DNA of 63,906 nt, filler included, from Atractiella rhizophila (Eukaryota), in assembly GCA_021432655.1 (NCBI GenBank). It is 9 parts of 9 records of this genome, joined end to end, with 100 filler letters (N's around TTAATTAATTAA, not from the genome) between each part and the next. Parts side by side here need not be neighbours in the genome. Positions count along the whole stretch, not along the records: positions 62,516 to 63,906 come from MU272260.1; 8 more parts are not named here. One strand, given 5' to 3'. The translations under genes were made by a program, and so were the position numbers. Of this stretch, positions 62,516 through 63,906 are shown piece after piece (position 1 is the stretch's first letter; each line of letters opens with the position of its first letter). The notes under the pieces are model-generated. The model was not told where the DNA came from, did no database searches, and worked only from the letters and a program-made list of their open reading frames with translations.

Positions 62516-63906
62516 AGGTCTACACCCTCCAAAAGAACTTTCTACGCGGTGAGCGCATCAATCGCGCACAAGAACGGCTTCGTCGTTTCCCTGCTTGGGT
62601 ATCTCATGTGCTCTTCTTTAGTATCTCGTTGGCAACATTCTACTATCTCTTGTGCAAATGGAGTCCTTCCTTCTCCTCTTCTAGCAATGATGTGAGGGGT
62701 TTGTGTCCCCAGTACGACTCGATTACCCCGGAAGGAGCAGAGGGGACCTGGGACACGATTGGCTCTTTAGCATGGAGAAATGAGAGCATCACGTTGCTGA
62801 GTGAGGCTATTAAAATCAAGACAGAGAGTTGGGATGATGAGGATGAAGTCGGGAAGGATGAACGATGGGATGTTTTCTATCAGGTACGTCCTTTCTGTTT
62901 GGGTCTCCGTTTGGTGAGCAGGGACCGCCACAAAGTTATGGGATCTGCAAGAATGCCCGGAGGCTTGTATCCTCAACTGAATGGGGTAACGTGCACATGT
63001 GAGAGCTTCTGAGCATGCCATGACTAATCGCAATAGAGGTGATGCTAAGTTTGTCATATCTCTGCGCTTGTAAAGACAATTCCACAAGGAAACGATGAAA
63101 GTGATGGCGCGGCACGCCATTGTGTCAGAGCCGATGACAAACAAACGCGGCTTCCTTAACTAGTATATGGTGGTCTAGAGAGTGAAGACATGTGAAGAAG
63201 GAGGGAACGCTATAGTTCCTCAGAATTCTGGAGAGTGTCATCCATTTGCGACTTATTTCGAGTCAAAGCAGAAAGGACGCGTAACATAACCTTTCCCCTC
63301 GCTTTATCGTTAATTTGTCTAAATGCCGCTTCATGGAAGGAACGGCAGGTAATTTTATGTGGAGTGTCAAGTGGCAGAAATTTCAGCTCAGCTATTTTCG
63401 CTTGCTCCAACACTGACACTCGTCGTCCCTTTAGTTCTCAGAGTACCTAAAAAATGCCTTCCCTCTGCTGCACTCCACCCTCACCCTTACTCGCGTCAAC
63501 ACTCATGGTCTTGTCTACACCTGGGAAGGGACTGACAAAAGTAAGAAGCCGATCATGCTGATGGCGCATCAAGACACAGTAAGTCGGCTGATTTCCACCC
63601 TTTCTTCGTGCTGAAGTTAACTAGGTCCCTGTCAACATGGCTACGCTTGACCAATGGGATTATCGTACGCGTTTTGAATTCTGTATTAAAGAATTAACTG
63701 AGGTTATGATGAAGCTCCATGGAGTGGTCATTACGACGGAACTTACGTCTGGGGACGAGGTGCTAGTGATTGCAAGACGCTCCTTATCAGTGAATTGCAG
63801 GCTGTCACACTCCTTATCAAACAAGGTTTTACTCCGCGTCGGACGATAATACTCTCCTTCGGCTTTGATGAAGAAACTGGTGGCCCTCGTGTACTTTCTC
63901 TATTTC
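62516..63906 (+). CDS. Carboxypeptidase S-like M20 metallopeptidase (type II membrane anchor), partial
   Basis: TM segment, LCPQ, LSEAIKIKTESWDD..DERWDVFYQ-FSEYLKNAFPLLH..VNTHGLVYTWEGTDKSKKPIMLMAHQD-VPV, SGHYDGTYVWGRGASDCK, PRRTIILSFGFDEETGG. Confidence 0.93.

Overview
Eukaryotic, intron-rich fungal DNA: short GT-AG introns with CTRAY-like branch sites and basidiomycete-type proteins (a Pucciniomycotina affinity is only an inference). The window is not one locus. It is nine small scaffolds joined by identical 100-bp N44-TTAATTAATTAA-N44 linkers, and the complete scaffolds fall in non-increasing size order (7773 to 7606 bp). Recognisable genes: midasin (partial), SERF/4F5, a PCL-like cyclin, an ABCC C-terminus, a group I G-alpha, mitochondrial aspartate aminotransferase, Rac1, dolichol kinase, tRNA-Gln(CTG), WDR26/GID7, a CorA-family transporter, intronless F-box genes, a Ubl-domain membrane protein, a Zn2Cys6 factor, a DUF6534-type membrane protein, metacaspase, ALDH3 and carboxypeptidase S. 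One scaffold (31439-39144) is transposon-rich. The standout anomaly is 56393-59347, which is written mirror-reversed (reversed but not complemented). Undoing the reversal restores the 5' part of the DUF6534-type gene exactly in frame, and also the 5' half of a metacaspase whose 3' half lies after the gap. Neither is visible in a six-frame ORF track. The best explanation is an assembly or processing artefact rather than biology. A second gap-flanking block (about 18333-18610) may have the same defect. I found no convincing novel multi-gene system. The best biological leads are a long structured intron, a CorA with a non-GMN motif, a duplicated two-TM orphan in the TE scaffold and a 200-bp foldback element.
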